Notes: generated by a model from the letters alone, not told the origin. Positions 23,801 to 37,225 are shown, counted from the first letter of the whole stretch. The stretch: DNA of 63,067 bases, filler included, from Stramenopiles sp. TOSAG23-6 (GCA_900128565.1; 11 parts of 11 records of this genome joined end to end with filler, not necessarily neighbours in it); one strand, 5' to 3'. Program-made: numbers and translations.

Positions 23801-26800
23801 TCATTTTGTTTGTGTCCATTTTCGAAGACCTGGAGAGTCATGTGAGGCAATCAAAATACGCATGTCATTTGTGAAATCTTTATTACGTAAGATACCCTCT
23901 TCAGCAATATCATTTTTGAACATATCTATACCTGGAATAGTTTCTGTTTGGTCTACATTTTCATGAAGACTTTGATACTGAGCATTAGCTGGGATATTCA
24001 TTGATTTAGTTTCATATATCTCATATAAACTTGTGGAACATTGGTTTAGATCGTCATGATTAAAACTGTTGAGTTTTTCAAGGAAATATGCCGCGCGTGA
24101 TACAGAATCATTATTACACAATATTTCAGACAAGCCTCCTTTGGGACTTGGTAAATCGGAATAAGTAGAAGAAGCAATCAAGGCTTGGATTGATGATTTC
24201 CAGAGTTGGAAGTTCTCCTGAAATGCACTCGCGCAACTTTCCAACTGAGATTGTATTTGCTTGGCCCACAAGTCAAAGTCATTAGCCTTTGTTTGAGCGT
24301 GGTGCATCTGTGCTATATAATTTTCACGATTTATATGTAGCGTTCGAATAACTTTACTTTGTTTTCTTATCGATGCCGAAGCCAACTCTTGTGCCCATAC
24401 AATATTATTTTGATGTAAGGATTCTTTGTCTTTGCATACTTTGTATTGCCAATTACCCCAATGACCACCACAGAATAGATTATTACAGTTTCCTCCAACA
24501 CCAAGGGATGCAGCTAATGCTTGATAGCCAAATGATGCACCAGTACATGCGCCCAATGCACAGTCCACTATTGTACTGTCCTTTATTCTCGAATCCTGAT
24601 ATTTTGTGGTATTACCGTGAACCCGCAATTGGTGTGCAATCTCAGGATGATCAATACTAAATCGAGAATTGTGAGCAGTATTAAGACATTGTGTTGCATA
24701 GACCAAAACTCCCATCCACCATTCGCTATGTCCCGCTAAAGTATGCTGAGCCATCGCATTGAATATAGAAATCCCTTCAGAGGTAGTATTGGCTGAGGAT
24801 GTAGATGCCATAAGCGCAATTATTCGAAACGCGCATTTTTGAAGCAAAGATATTTTGTCAGAAATTTTTGTTGAACTTGTTTTACTCAAAGTTTCCGCGT
24901 TTGTTTCTGTGATATTACTGACTGCATAGTCAAACTTTTCAAGTTCTGTGCTAAGTAAATCAATAATTGTGAAAGTGTTAGAGCGGAACACTTTCCCTGT
25001 CGCAGCGGCTATCAATGCGTCGCTTTCCTTGTTCATGACATTTAGCAAATGCTTGCATGCATTTGCCGACTCAAACTTTGATACCTGAAAAGCTTCCCAT
25101 ACTTTTTGAGTAATGGGTACTTCTTTGGTAGATTGTTTCGAATCGACATTAGTTTTTGAAGGTTTCAAATATTCTATTTTTTTCTTACTCCCTATAAGAA
25201 CTATACCGTGTGAAAAATATCGACGAATATTTGATATAGCTCTTTGTAACAGTTGATGCTCAGAGGAGTGACATGATATAATAGTTAATAATGTTGCTGG
25301 TGCTATTATACCTATACCTGAAAAGTATGATGTCGTGTCTTTGGATAAGTCTGATAGAGTTTCTAATACAGACATTGCAGATTGAGCAATGACAACATTC
25401 CAAGGGAATCTCTCGATATACGTCTTGCATAAAAGTGTAATAACACCATCTCTTATTTGCTGAATGAAAGAACTTGTATTACTCTGCATTAGCTGTTCAA
25501 CTATAGCGCATGCCTCTTGGACCATATGCATACCAACAACAGCATGCCGCATACGTTTCTTGTATTCAAACGACTTTTGATGAGCACTAGGCCAATTATC
25601 AAAACACTCCAAAATACTTGATTCCATCCAAGTTTCTGGACCAGCTTGAAAAATCCACAAAATACACGCATTTAAAATACGTACTGCTGGTATCATGATA
25701 CTACTCTCATTTGTATATTCACGTAGCAATGATGCTAATTGTTGAATGCATCCTTCCTCTACGAGTATTTGTAGTCGATCAAGTCGATGGCTTATACGAG
25801 ATAGTATCTGTATTAAATAAACAATATTTTGTAAGTTTTGCTTTCTCTCGGATTTTACTAATTGTTGCTGTGATTCTTTGATGTATGAATCCAGTTTACG
25901 TGTGATTGTTATGACAAGATTCTTGTATTCTTCCACCGATGTAGGACACTGAAAATTATTTACCTTCATTTCAGCCATAAGTATATTTGCATCTGACGTT
26001 GCTGTTTTGTATACATATTTTCTAGCTTCTGACATATTACTGTTTTCAACACCGACATGAACTTCCGCTTCTTCAAATAAATTGGAAAAGGTTGTCAATT
26101 CTTCAGGTACATTTGAATATGGCAAATTTGATACTTTTGTGTCATTGTCACCTTGCCAAACGCGAGATATTTTTGGTATCTTTATCCTTTGTTGGTCGCC
26201 AATTTCTTGACTGGGTTTGACGGGTATTTTAGAAAGATGTCGAAGTCCTTTGAGTTCCAGAGATTCCTCTGGATTTCCACCAATTGCGTCTCCCCACCGT
26301 TCGTAAAATATCGACGCAGTAGCAATAAGTTTTCGATTATGTCGTAATGTTAACATTTCTTTCATGAAAAATGTGTTTTTCGTGTGTCTTTTCCACTTTC
26401 GTTCTAATTCAATCATACCAAAAGGACCCCGACATACCCAATGAAGGAAAGGGTAAGGAGTATCGGAGTTGTGTTCCGTGTCACTTTCATCTAGAAATGC
26501 CCGTAAAGTACCTTTTGCTAAGACTGACTTGAGTGACATGTCACAAGCAATATTTACTATAGGTCCTGATATAGTTTCTTTTCCAGATAAGGGAATTTCT
26601 CCGTCAAGGAAATCGTTACCATCTGCAAGGAAATGCATTACTTTAATCACCTCTTTGACACCAACGTTATTATCAAGAACAATATTCCTATTTGCTGAGG
26701 TTTGTTTTACTGTATCATCTGTAAAATGTTTACATCGCCGTAACAGTAATCGGTCACAACAATATAATGAGGCTGATATGACGCCATTCGAGTTAACCAC

Positions 26801-28672
26801 ATTATTTAAGGATTTTGGCATATTTTCAATGTTTGAATGTACACAATTATGAAAGCAATTCATGAAATATATCATACCAACAGAACTATTTCGAGTCCAA
26901 ATTCCCTCCCATTCGGCAAGTTGGCTAAATTGATCTATTGGAATATCTTCATCAATATTTGTTGCAAGTCTTGCATTTTGACGTAGCTGTGCTGCAACTT
27001 CAGGTTGCATAATTCTCAATATCTGGACCCAGTTGCGACCACGACCGTCTTTCAAAGTATGGTTAGCACCCGCATTATCAAGTGTGCGAAGAATTGATCT
27101 AGAACCTTTCATTGCTGCCATATGAATAGGAAACATGCTATTTATAAAGATAGGACCATTGCTAGTATTTGCTGACGCGCCTCCTTCATCAATTAAGTGC
27201 TGTACTAATTTACAATGTCCTGTAGTAGATGCGCTCAATAAGGCAGGAAGAACACGTAGACTATTTACAATGTCTACATTGAATTCCCCAGTGTTTATTA
27301 AAGCTTTAGTGAGGTAACTGTGACCAGCACCAATAGATGCACTTAAACGCCCAGAATGTGCAGCCGCAAGAGCAACGGGTTGATCACTTCCAATAACCAT
27401 GCATGAATTCCGGGTAACCTCTTGGACAGTACTTACAATCTCATCAAAAGATAGCTTTGATATATCACTGTTCTTACTGCTAAAGACTTTTGAGCAATGC
27501 TCAATCATTAGACGCACTTGTGCTATTGATTCATCAACCCCGTATTTTTGAACCTTACAGGCTTTACGAAATTGTATTTTAGATGAATCATCATCTACCT
27601 GCTTCTGAAAAGACAATGCTAATTGTCTTTGTAATTTAAGCTTCTTTTGGTACGATTTTGCTGTTAGTATCAAATAATTCAGTTTAGTAACATCTGAAAC
27701 ATCACCACATAGAACAAGTTTCATTTCTCTTTCTAATTCTCGACGAGAATTTTCAAAATTCATTTTGAGAGCATTAAAAGTAGATAAATGATGTAGGCGT
27801 TTTGCACACAGCGTCCGTGTACTTTCATTTTCAACATCACCCAAATTATCTGAATTCCAAGCCCATTTTGTGTGGAGACCAGGGCTAATATTATTATACA
27901 ACATCCCAGTATTTCTGTGTCCAAATTGAATGAGACTTGCCTGAAATACTTCTTCACTGGTAATATATTGGGTATTCATCCCCTCATTAAGTTTATGAAA
28001 GCCTGTAACTTTACGCTCAGATATATTTTCCTCCTTTTGACGCCGAAGTTTTGCATCTGCTAATGCCGTTTTTGTGTTTTCTATCATTATTTCTACTTCA
28101 CTTTGAACGCTTCTTTTCTTTGATTTCGGGTTCGAAGATATTTTGTCTATTGCTGAAGACCCGAGTGTCAAAGGTAGTAAATGCGTTTCATCAAGATCAT
28201 TATTAGGCCAACTCTTGGGAGTTGCAATCAAGCTATACAAATCATCTGGATAAGCAGATATTAAACCACGAACTCTTTCATCTATTTCATTGGCATCAAA
28301 GGCAGTATCATTGATTTCTGTTTGTAATACAAAAATACCATGTCCATTTATTCCGGTTACAACATTACCAGGATAACGTGTATCAACCTTCTTGAGATCT
28401 TCATCGGCGACATTCAACCTCAACTGATATATTGTTCGCTGTAGCTGTAAACGCCACAATTGTCGTTGTTTACTAATATCATCATATACATTTTTGCCAT
28501 ATAGTTGATGACAACGAGTTGTCAGAATATCATCAGATGTATTCGGGAGAGATTTCAACTCTTCTAATGCTATTTTCAATTTCATACAACAATCAATATT
28601 AGGATCAAGATCAATTAAGACGCTTGCATAGGTATCTCTATTGTCAATTGTTGGTATTACTGTGTCATAGTC
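23801..28672 (-). CDS. Large ankyrin-repeat / helical-repeat protein, 5'-truncated
   Basis: 1594+ aa intronless ORF; ankyrin-like FPIHMAAMKG..GANHTLKDGRGR. Confidence 0.75.
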   Translation of the reverse strand, partial: DYDTVIPTIDNRDTYASVLIDLDPNIDCCMKLKIALEELKSLPNTSDDILTTRCHQLYGKNVYDDISKQRQLWRLQLQRTIYQLRLNVADEDLKKVDTRYPGNVVTGINGHGIFVLQTEINDTAFDANEIDERVRGLISAYPDDLYSLIATPKSWPNNDLDETHLLPLTLGSSAIDKISSNPKSKKRSVQSEVEIMIENTKTALADAKLRRQKEENISERKVTGFHKLNEGMNTQYITSEEVFQASLIQFGHRNTGMLYNNISPGLHTKWAWNSDNLGDVENESTRTLCAKRLHHLSTFNALKMNFENSRRELEREMKLVLCGDVSDVTKLNYLILTAKSYQKKLKLQRQLALSFQKQVDDDSSKIQFRKACKVQKYGVDESIAQVRLMIEHCSKVFSSKNSDISKLSFDEIVSTVQEVTRNSCMVIGSDQPVALAAAHSGRLSASIGAGHSYLTKALINTGEFNVDIVNSLRVLPALLSASTTGHCKLVQHLIDEGGASANTSNGPIFINSMFPIHMAAMKGSRSILRTLDNAGANHTLKDGRGRNWVQILRIMQPEVAAQLRQNARLATNIDEDIPIDQFSQLAEWEGIWTRNSSVGMIYFMNCFHNCVHSNIENMPKSLNNVVNSNGVISASLYCCDRLLLRRCKHFTDDTVKQTSANRNIVLDNNVGVKEVIKVMHFLADGNDFLDGEIPLSGKETISGPIVNIACDMSLKSVLAKGTLRAFLDESDTEHNSDTPYPFLHWVCRGPFGMIELERKWKRHTKNTFFMKEMLTLRHNRKLIATASIFYERWGDAIGGNPEESLELKGLRHLSKIPVKPSQEIGDQQRIKIPKISRVWQGDNDTKVSNLPYSNVPEELTTFSNLFEEAEVHVGVENSNMSEARKYVYKTATSDANILMAEMKVNNFQCPTSVEEYKNLVITITRKLDSYIKESQQQLVKSERKQNLQNIVYLIQILSRISHRLDRLQILVEEGCIQQLASLLREYTNESSIMIPAVRILNACILWIFQAGPETWMESSILECFDNWPSAHQKSFEYKKRMRHAVVGMHMVQEACAIVEQLMQSNTSSFIQQIRDGVITLLCKTYIERFPWNVVIAQSAMSVLETLSDLSKDTTSYFSGIGIIAPATLLTIISCHSSEHQLLQRAISNIRRYFSHGIVLIGSKKKIEYLKPSKTNVDSKQSTKEVPITQKVWEAFQVSKFESANACKHLLNVMNKESDALIAAATGKVFRSNTFTIIDLLSTELEKFDYAVSNITETNAETLSKTSSTKISDKISLLQKCAFRIIALMASTSSANTTSEGISIFNAMAQHTLAGHSEWWMGVLVYATQCLNTAHNSRFSIDHPEIAHQLRVHGNTTKYQDSRIKDSTIVDCALGACTGASFGYQALAASLGVGGNCNNLFCGGHWGNWQYKVCKDKESLHQNNIVWAQELASASIRKQSKVIRTLHINRENYIAQMHHAQTKANDFDLWAKQIQSQLESCASAFQENFQLWKSSIQALIASSTYSDLPSPKGGLSEILCNNDSVSRAAYFLEKLNSFNHDDLNQCSTSLYEIYETKSMNIPANAQYQSLHENVDQTETIPGIDMFKNDIAEEGILRNKDFTNDMRILIASHDSPGLRKWTQTK

Positions 28673-28772
28673 NNNNNNNNNNNNNNNNNNNNNNNNNNNN
28701 NNNNNNNNNNNNNNNNTTAATTAATTAANNNNNNNNNNNNNNNNNNNNNNNNNNNNNNNNNNNNNNNNNNNN

Positions 28773-29823
28773 TGTTGGCAATGGAATCTTTACAGATAAT
28801 TCATCTGTAGATGTAAGTGATGATGACTGTGCAGATGTTGCTGTTAATAATAGCACTCATCCAACATTAACACCGAGTGTAAATAATTCATGTCCATATG
28901 TACCTTCACCACAATTCATTAATTCTGATTTTTACATCGATGAGACTTCATCGAGTACTGTATCTACCATAAACAGTCACTGGAATTTAAATGGACCAAC
29001 CAGTTCTTCGCAAAGTGATCCTGAAAATACATCTGTTGACAATTCAATGCTAAGTGATATTCGGAACTTTGCACTAATGGATGATTCTTTGAAAAGTGAA
29101 CATAATAACGAATTTGTTGATGATTCTATGCAAAGTGAAAATAATAACGAATTTGCTGATGATTCTATACTCAATATTAATAGTATTACACATTCCAGTA
29201 CTTGCAGCTCAAACGCTGACGATTCTGATGTATTACGATGTAATGAAATTGATATCCCTGAATTAATTAATGATGATACTAATAACGAAACTTGTAAAAA
29301 TGATTTATTTAAAACTCCAAGGAATGTTAAAGTGAATGAAAGTGATGATGAAAATGAAGACTTCAGTCAAATTAGTTACAGTATTTCCAGAAGTAGAAAG
29401 ACAATTCCAAGCGCTATTTTAGATTCAATTCGGATTCAGCTTTCTCCAAAATTCGATATAGTAGCAGACTCGAAGAAACGAAAACGAATAAATCTTGGAT
29501 CAAATCAAGTGTCTCCAATGTTAGATAGATTTCGAAGTAGTGAAACTCATTATACCAGTGATGAATCAAACAAACGTGTTCGATTTAACCCCACTATTGA
29601 AATCATCGCTACGAATAAGAAGGATAAAGATAAAACAAAGCACGTCTTTGCATGTACCGACCACTTGAGTGAAATGCAAATTATGAGTAATAATTATCAA
29701 CATCACCAAGTTGATAAAAAAGGAGGGCATATTATGAATGCACTTATGGGAGCAGCTGAAGCTATTTGTGAAGTTTTTCGTGGAGCTTACAAGCGTGTAC
29801 AGACATTTAAAAGTGTAGAATGA
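28773..29823 (+). CDS. Low-complexity S/D/N-rich hypothetical protein, 5'-truncated
   Basis: Open frame from the contig edge region to stop at 29823. Confidence 0.55.
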
Positions 29824-30047
29824 GTGTAATATAGTTATATTGTATTAATCGTGGCATCTTTTATTTATATAGTAAAGTTGTCAAGTACAACAAATACGGA
29901 ATCTTCAAAAATACGTCTTAATATGGAGGTGTTTTAATTAGTAAATGAAAAGAAATTGAAAAGGAATGATTTCTAATTTATTAACTGCCGTCCAATAAAA
30001 CGTTGATCTAAAAATAGAATAAATCTTGATTTGTATTTCTAATTTAT

Positions 30048-33000
30048 TCACTGCCGTCCAATAAAATGTTGATCTAAAAAGTGAATAAATCTTGATTTGT
30101 ATGCAGGTGCCGGATTTGAACTAATATCTTCTCCTTTTGCTCCCATTAACGCAATCTTACTTGTCATTTCAAGTCTTTTTTTCCAATCATAAGGTTGTAA
30201 GATATCAATTATACCTAAATAGTATACAGTATTGTTCATCACAATTCCACTGGAAATATTAGAGATGTTTGTACTTTCCGTCGTAATGATACCAAGCAGT
30301 AAAGAATAATCAATAATATTAAGCCTAGCAAGGAAATCTGTATCTATTTGCAACTGTTTCATCAGATTTATCTTTGCTTTGATTGGTATATCAATTTCAT
30401 GTAAATCTTCAATAAAGTTCACATCTTTACCGACTGCATATGGAAATGGTTTATTTAAAACTTTATCTGAAACTCTTCGATTTCGTTTAGATCCTTTCAA
30501 GTCATATATATCTATAGTTTTCACTCTATTATTTTGTTTGTTTTGCAAATTTCCCGATTTTACCAATTCAAAAATTGGTTCTAATAAGTTTTTCATTACT
30601 AGGACAATACGGTGTGATTTCTGAGGTAAACTTTTCATTTCAATAAGAGCACAAAGTTGGACGATACGCGTCTGGCAACCATACGATAGCATATGACAAT
30701 AATATTTTTCAATCATTTCAAGAAATTGTGAAATTTCAAATGGTTTTACGGTCTTCACAATAAATTTTCGGTCACTTGTATAATAAAAAGCTGCGCCACT
30801 TTTTCCAGCTTCACTTTCGCCGCCCACCAAAGGATTTGAGAAAGATTCAATAAATTGTGCATTCGAGATACCATAGTTGCTTCGAAGATGTGAAAAAACA
30901 GTAGGTGTATAATCAATTATTTCAGAATGAAAAGGACCAGTAAATCTTCGGTTTTGTTGAAATTCACCAAGGAAAATATTTTCACGAAATTCAGTTGCAG
31001 ATTTACACTGTTCAATGTACCCTTTAAATTGTTGGGTTGTTGTACAGTCTTGATTTGAATCTTTCTCCAAAGTATTTTCTACTATTTCCTCTTTTGCAAT
31101 AATTTCAAAATTCTTCTGCAACTGTGCTGCTCTAAATATTGCATCCCCTATTCTTTTTTCTGTTTCACTAAATAAATGCTGCTTTTGTTTTGGTATATTT
31201 GGTCTTTTTTCTGTTTCACTCAATAAATGCTGCTTTTGTTTTGGTATATTTGGTATTTCAAAAGCTTTATCATTATCAACTTCATTCAGCTTTTGTTTCA
31301 CATTTGATATCTTTATTGGTGATGCTTCAATAGAAATTGGTGTAGGATCATTAATTACTGAATTTGAACTAAATTCTTTTTCGTTATCTTGTTGTACCAA
31401 TTTAGATGTTTTTGCACGAAATATCTCTCTATTATCAAAATCATTCCGTCGATTATATGCACACTGTTGCTTCTCCGCCTCTTGTTGAATGATACATTCA
31501 ATAGAATTTGATGGTTCAAGTATGATATTTGGAGCAGGTCGTGTAGAACAAATCTTCATAATCCACATAGATAGTTCGCTTTTATTTGAGAACCCTAGAT
31601 ATAAAGTGTATTTGGAATTCTTTTCATTTAACTTTTGAAATTTTTGTGGTTTCTCATAAATATCTCTCGCTTGACATATATCAATTTCGTATGAATTTGG
31701 ACGAAGAAAAATATCACAAATTCGTAAATCATACTTTTTAGTGTACAAATCCGGCGTAGTATCACTAACCAACGGTCCATTTCCATCTGCGGCAAGTCTT
31801 TGTACTGTTATTCTTGTCCCATCAAAAGTAACCCACGAAAGTTGTGCTGTTGAAAAGGCTGTATAACGTTTTATATGACGCACTGGTCCCGAAATTGACA
31901 CTTCTTTCGAAGATGATTTCATTGAGTGATTTATACATTGATTTTTTCTTTGAAGTGTAGTAGTCTTATTATGAAGTTTTCGCTGCGAACTATTTACATT
32001 ATTTGTTTCTGCTTCTATTACTCGAAAAGTTCGTTTCACTGTATCAACGATAACATCTCTATTTGTCTGAAATATCTCCTTACCATATAGTAATACTAAA
32101 TCACTATAGGGAAAAGATGCATTCATACTAACGGACAAGTCTATTTCATTTGTTCTACCAGGATTACCACAATGTATACCTTTTTGTTTTCGAAAAGATT
32201 TGCGAGCAAGAATCTCAGTTCGATTAAGAATTGGTGGTGCACCAGTCAATGATTGTAATGATGCATTTCGTATTATAATTCTCGGCTGCAAAGTTTTGGG
32301 CTTTATATTTCTAAAAGAACGAATCCATTTGTCTAGTTCTGCTGCAGTCGCAAAACGTAATGTCCAATAAGTATATCCTAATGCTGCTGAAGTACTTTTT
32401 GATTGACTACACGTATTATTTTTTTCTTCTTTTATTTCATTGATTGTTGCTTGATTACTATCCCTTTTGGGTTCTGGATTTTCTGATTGATGTGAATATC
32501 TTATTTTGTTTGAACATGTACTGCCCATAGTATTGATGTATTGTAGGAAAATATTGCAAAAAGTTTGAGGTTTTTGTTAGGTACAACATTATCTAGGAAA
32601 AAAATGAATTAAACATTGTAAACATACAGGGTTCTATTAGATCCCCAATGACGCATCACTCGGATCTCCTTCTTCTCTTTATCACATACTATTGAACCAC
32701 ACGATAAATCAATCATATCAAAATGTTCCAGCAATATCTCTACGTTGTCTGTTATTTCATTGCTTTTAGCAAGTGGTAAACGCCAACTTTTAGATTTCCT
32801 TTCTTTTTCATTTTCTTGTGCACACCACAGTTTTGTTCCATACAATAAAAGACGACTATATTGCCATTTATCACTTCCCCAAGTGGATGACACACGGCGT
32901 GTTGTGTATCCAAACATTTGAGCTGGCGTCTGCAAAAATAGCTCGTGTGCGTATTCAATGGCAGAAATCCATAAACAAGAACTTTCATAATCTTGGGTGT

Positions 33001-33780
33001 CAAAATAATGCGATTCTGAACCATATCGTATTTCAAATTGTGAATTTTGATCTTTGATATTTTCGTACATCTGAGAAATAGAATGCATTTTGGTAATGAA
33101 CAATGACCCCACAAGTCCATTATAACCTGCAGTAGAATGTAGAGCATCGGCATATTGAGCAACTTGTGCAGATGACGTCATCGACGCATGGTATGGATAT
33201 TTTATTGCATCCGCTTCAGAAGCAAAATAAAAAAAANNNNNNNNNNNNNNNNNNNNNNNNNNNNNNNNNNNNNNNNNNNNNNNNNNCAATTTCTACATTT
33301 TCGTTGTAATGAACAGAAGAGGCAAATTCTAAGCCATAATCAAAGACATTCTTTGGAATAATCCTCGCTAAAACAAAATAGAATTTTCTTTCATTCTTCG
33401 GCCGAAAAGAGGATAGCCATTTCGCGTTTCGTTTGAACATCCAACCTTGTTTTATTATTCTAATTTTACTTTGATGATTTTCTATTTTCATAGCGTCAAT
33501 TTTACTTTGATGATTTTCTATTTTTATAGCGTCAATATCTTTTGGTATTTGTAATATGTAATCTTTTGAACAAAATTCCAGTCTTGAAAGTATATTTTTT
33601 TTATGCTGATTCCATAAGTCAACTCCAAATTCACACTTCATTACATTTGTTACAAAATCTATACAACAATCTATAGGACTGCACTGTTTTTGTTTTTGCT
33701 CTTCATCGTTATAGTTTTCAATGATATCTTTACAATTTATTGTACTGGAATTCTGAGTTTGCATTATTTCCTCTAAGCTA
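30048..33780 (-). CDS. PH-domain phosphatidylinositol-4-phosphate 5-kinase; 5' end lost in gaps/inversion
   Basis: GKSGAAFYYTSDRKFIVKTV, YDLKGS, KDVNF, IIDYSLLLG, YLGIIDILQ; PH-like IIKQGWMFKR. Confidence 0.85.
32536..32627 (-). mobile_element. GT-AT introner intron (PIP5K)
   Basis: cCT|GTATGT..TACCTAAC..caatacAT|caa; in frame. Confidence 0.8.
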
Positions 33781-34529
33781 TTATTAANNNNNNNNNNNNN
33801 NNNNNNNNNNNNNNNNNNNNNNNNNNNNNNNNNNNNNNNNNNNNNNNNNNNNNNNNNNNNNNNNNNNNNNNNNNNNNNNNNNNNNNNNNNNNNNNNNNNN
33901 NNNNNNNNNNNTTGACGTCTTTATTACAATGTCATTTTTTTGTTTCTCCATTTTCAACGAACTTTCGGCTTTTTTTATCCCAAATCTATTTGTATTTTCC
34001 GTACTATAATATTTCTTCATAGGTAATGTAACTGATGTAGTTTCAGTTTTATTTGTTGTTCTTGTCGAAATAGTTTTGTTGGATCTAGATTTATCTATAT
34101 TATGTGGGGTAAATGGTGGCATCGATTGAGAACTCGATAGGCTATTCATGATCATATGTTCCGATGATTTCAACATATTTGGAGCAGTAGACGTTTTTTT
34201 TAAAGAACGAGATTCGAGCCATTTTTGTTCATTTTGTAATGATTTTGGGTTCGTTGAAAATGGAGAAACAAAAAAATGACATTGTAATAAAGACGTCAAC
34301 AATGTGGGAAATGACTCAACGCGCAATAGAATTATTATTTCATCGCTGGTACGCAAGTGTTCAACTCGATGATGAAAATATGAAAGAAATACCAGGCTTG
34401 TGCCAAACACAAATTCANNNNNNNNNNNNNNNNNNNNNNNNNNNNNNNNNNNNNNNNNNNNTTAATTAATTAANNNNNNNNNNNNNNNNNNNNNNNNNNN
34501 NNNNNNNNNNNNNNNNNTCAGAGATTAAT

Positions 34530-34690
34530 GTATGTTTTCATCATTCATTTTCATCGTTCATTTTTTTTATTAGAAATATTTGTATCACTATTTTCATGTC
34601 AATTTATTTATGTAGTTGTAACATCAAAGCCTATATTTTTTTGTTTCTAACAAAACAATTAAATTTTTAAAATATTTCCCCAAAATACAT
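34530..34690 (+). mobile_element. GT-AT intron (SWR1), diverged interior
   Basis: aAT|GTATGT..TTCTAAC..ccaaaatacAT|gga; restores QRLMDRFN. Confidence 0.85.
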
Positions 34691-36971
34691 GGATCGTTTT
34701 AATTCAGATAAAAAATTGTTTGCATTTATTTTGTCTACTCGCTCAGGTGGAATGGGTATAAATCTAACAGGTGCTGATACTGTTATATTTTATGACAGTG
34801 ATTGGAATCCTGCAATGGATGCTCAAGCTCAAGATAGAGCGCATCGAATTGGACAAACTAGAGATGTTCATATTTATCGTATGGTGACGTCATCAACTGT
34901 TGAAGAGAATATATTGTTGAAAGCAAATCAAAAACGTCATTTACAAAAATTATCAGTAGAAAAAGGAAAGTTTAATACGAAATTTTTTGAAGCAGAAGAA
35001 GAACCTGTAAATGTTTGTGATCTATTAAAAGGTGCCATTCGCGAAAAAGATAATAATGATGATATTGTACAGTCGACATCAATGAAGAATACTGGTAAAA
35101 ATCCAACACAGAAAGAAATAGATTATGCAATGGCTGCCGCTGAAGATGCCGAAGATAGAGCAGCAAGGCGTAGAGTCAATGCTGAAGAATTAGCTGATTG
35201 TGCAGAATTTACTGAATTAGGTATTCAAAGTGGTTCATCGTCTGCATCCGAATCTCGTCCAACATCTCGATCAGTCAGTCCTTTACCCGACAAAGTCAAT
35301 TCTAAAAATGACCATTCTAAAAATAGAAAACATCAAAAAAGTAGTCAAAAAAATAACAAGAATACTACATCTACTATTAGTGGAGAACAAATTTCAGAAA
35401 TGTCTAAAGAAGAAGAAAAAAGATGGAGCTCAAGTCATGGTAAAAATCTATCTGCTTTGGAAGCTGCTTTACCACCTATTCAAAGACTTGCATTGCATAA
35501 TATTGAATCAAGTTTAAATCCTGAGGCCTTTGCCCGAGATGCTGCAAATAAATTGAAAGAAGAAATTCAAGGTATGATTGAACATAGAGAATCCGTCAAA
35601 GATGAATTGACAAGAAAAGAAGAATTACTTGAATTAGAACTGGATTATGGTAAACGTGGTGGTAAACGTGCAGCATTGGTAATGTATCGTGCAAATCGTC
35701 GTAGAATTCTAAAGAAGCGAAAAATTGATCTAATTACTGGACGTACGTGGGTAATGTTTCTAGATGAAGCTACACAATTGCAGTATTATTATTGTACTGA
35801 AACAGGTCGAAAGGTGTGGAATAAACCTGATGTTTTAGTAGCACGTGATTTAATGATTAATGCACATTTCCTGATGTATCAAGGTTTAAGTACAAATCTG
35901 CTTGTGCATATCTTTTGCTTTTTGTCACCTCTTCCTGATAGAATGAATGCAGGTTTATGTTGTCCGAAATGGCTTTCTGCATTGCGATCAAATTCTTTAA
36001 GTCTATTAGTCATTGATGAAAATAATAATAATGGAACTCAAGAAAAACATTTGACTAGTAATGTAAATAATAATAATACATCTCCTTCTAGTTTATATGA
36101 AGGTGTGTATTACTCATTATCAGAAGCAGTTTCTGCTGCATTACCAGGGCATACAATACATATAAAAACTGGTCTGTACAAAGAATCTGACATTTCAATT
36201 ACAAAAAAAGTAAAAATTCTTGGACAAGGAAGTGTCGTTTTACTCGTTCAAGGTGCAATAAAATGGTATGCAAAGGGTGGGGAAATTCGAGATATTGAAA
36301 TTCGTTCTGTATGTAGACGAAATACTTCAAATTCTCAGTTAAATTCACAGTCAAATTCAAAGTTAAATTCACAGTTAAATTCACAGTCCAATGCGATAAC
36401 AATAGAAAATCAAAGTAAAGTATCTTTGCTTCGTTGTGATATTAGCAACAAAGGAGGTATTGGTGCAGCTGTGTGTGTGAATCAAAATGCGACACTCATT
36501 ATGATGGATTGTAGTGTCCATCATTCACCTGGATCAGGTTTTTTTCAATGTGGTGGATCTTCGATGCTTTCTCGTAATCAAATATATAATAATAATGACA
36601 GTGGAATTTTCCTCACTGGTGGAACATCAATACATATGAATAATACTATTAAAAGAAATAAAAAGTTTGGAGCATGTATTCTTCCAAATGCATCTGCATG
36701 CTTTGAAGATAATTTATTTATGGGAAATGAATGGGGTTCATGGGACATACCTGCTCGTACAATAATACATGATAATGGGTTTCAATTACCATTGATACGT
36801 ATACGTAATAATTATGGTACAGATATGAAAGAAAATAAAAAACATAAAACTATCAAAAGTCGTATGAAAAATCAACAATTTATACAAGATATGTCTGATG
36901 AATCAAAACAGGCAAAACATAGAAAAAAATCTTCTATTCGATTTGTAATGGGGAAAATTTCTACTAACTAG
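34691..36971 (+). CDS. SWR1: SWR1/SRCAP C-terminal exon with WW-, F-box- and beta-helix-like extension
   Basis: [52 protein letters not shown]. Confidence 0.9.
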
Positions 36972-37225
36972 AATTAACGTCAAGTCTACTTAAAAGTTAT
37001 AGGAACATTTATGGTTTTTGAAAACATTCAATTATTTCTATATACTTTTTTAAAAAGTAAAAAATAAATTGAATTTTCTAATGTGCAAATAATCTAAACA
37101 TTTTTTAATTTGATGTTTCTATTGTATTTATTATATCGTGATTTTTACACATTAAAAATGAACAATCATGATTATCAAATGATTCAAAATGTCAAATGAA
37201 ATATACAACAACAACAACAAAAAAA

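Noticed and set aside
23801-28585. Alternative genetic code as the cause of fragmented ORFs
   Set aside because: Long intronless ORFs translate cleanly, and TAA, TAG and TGA all terminate genes; the fragmentation is explained by introns.
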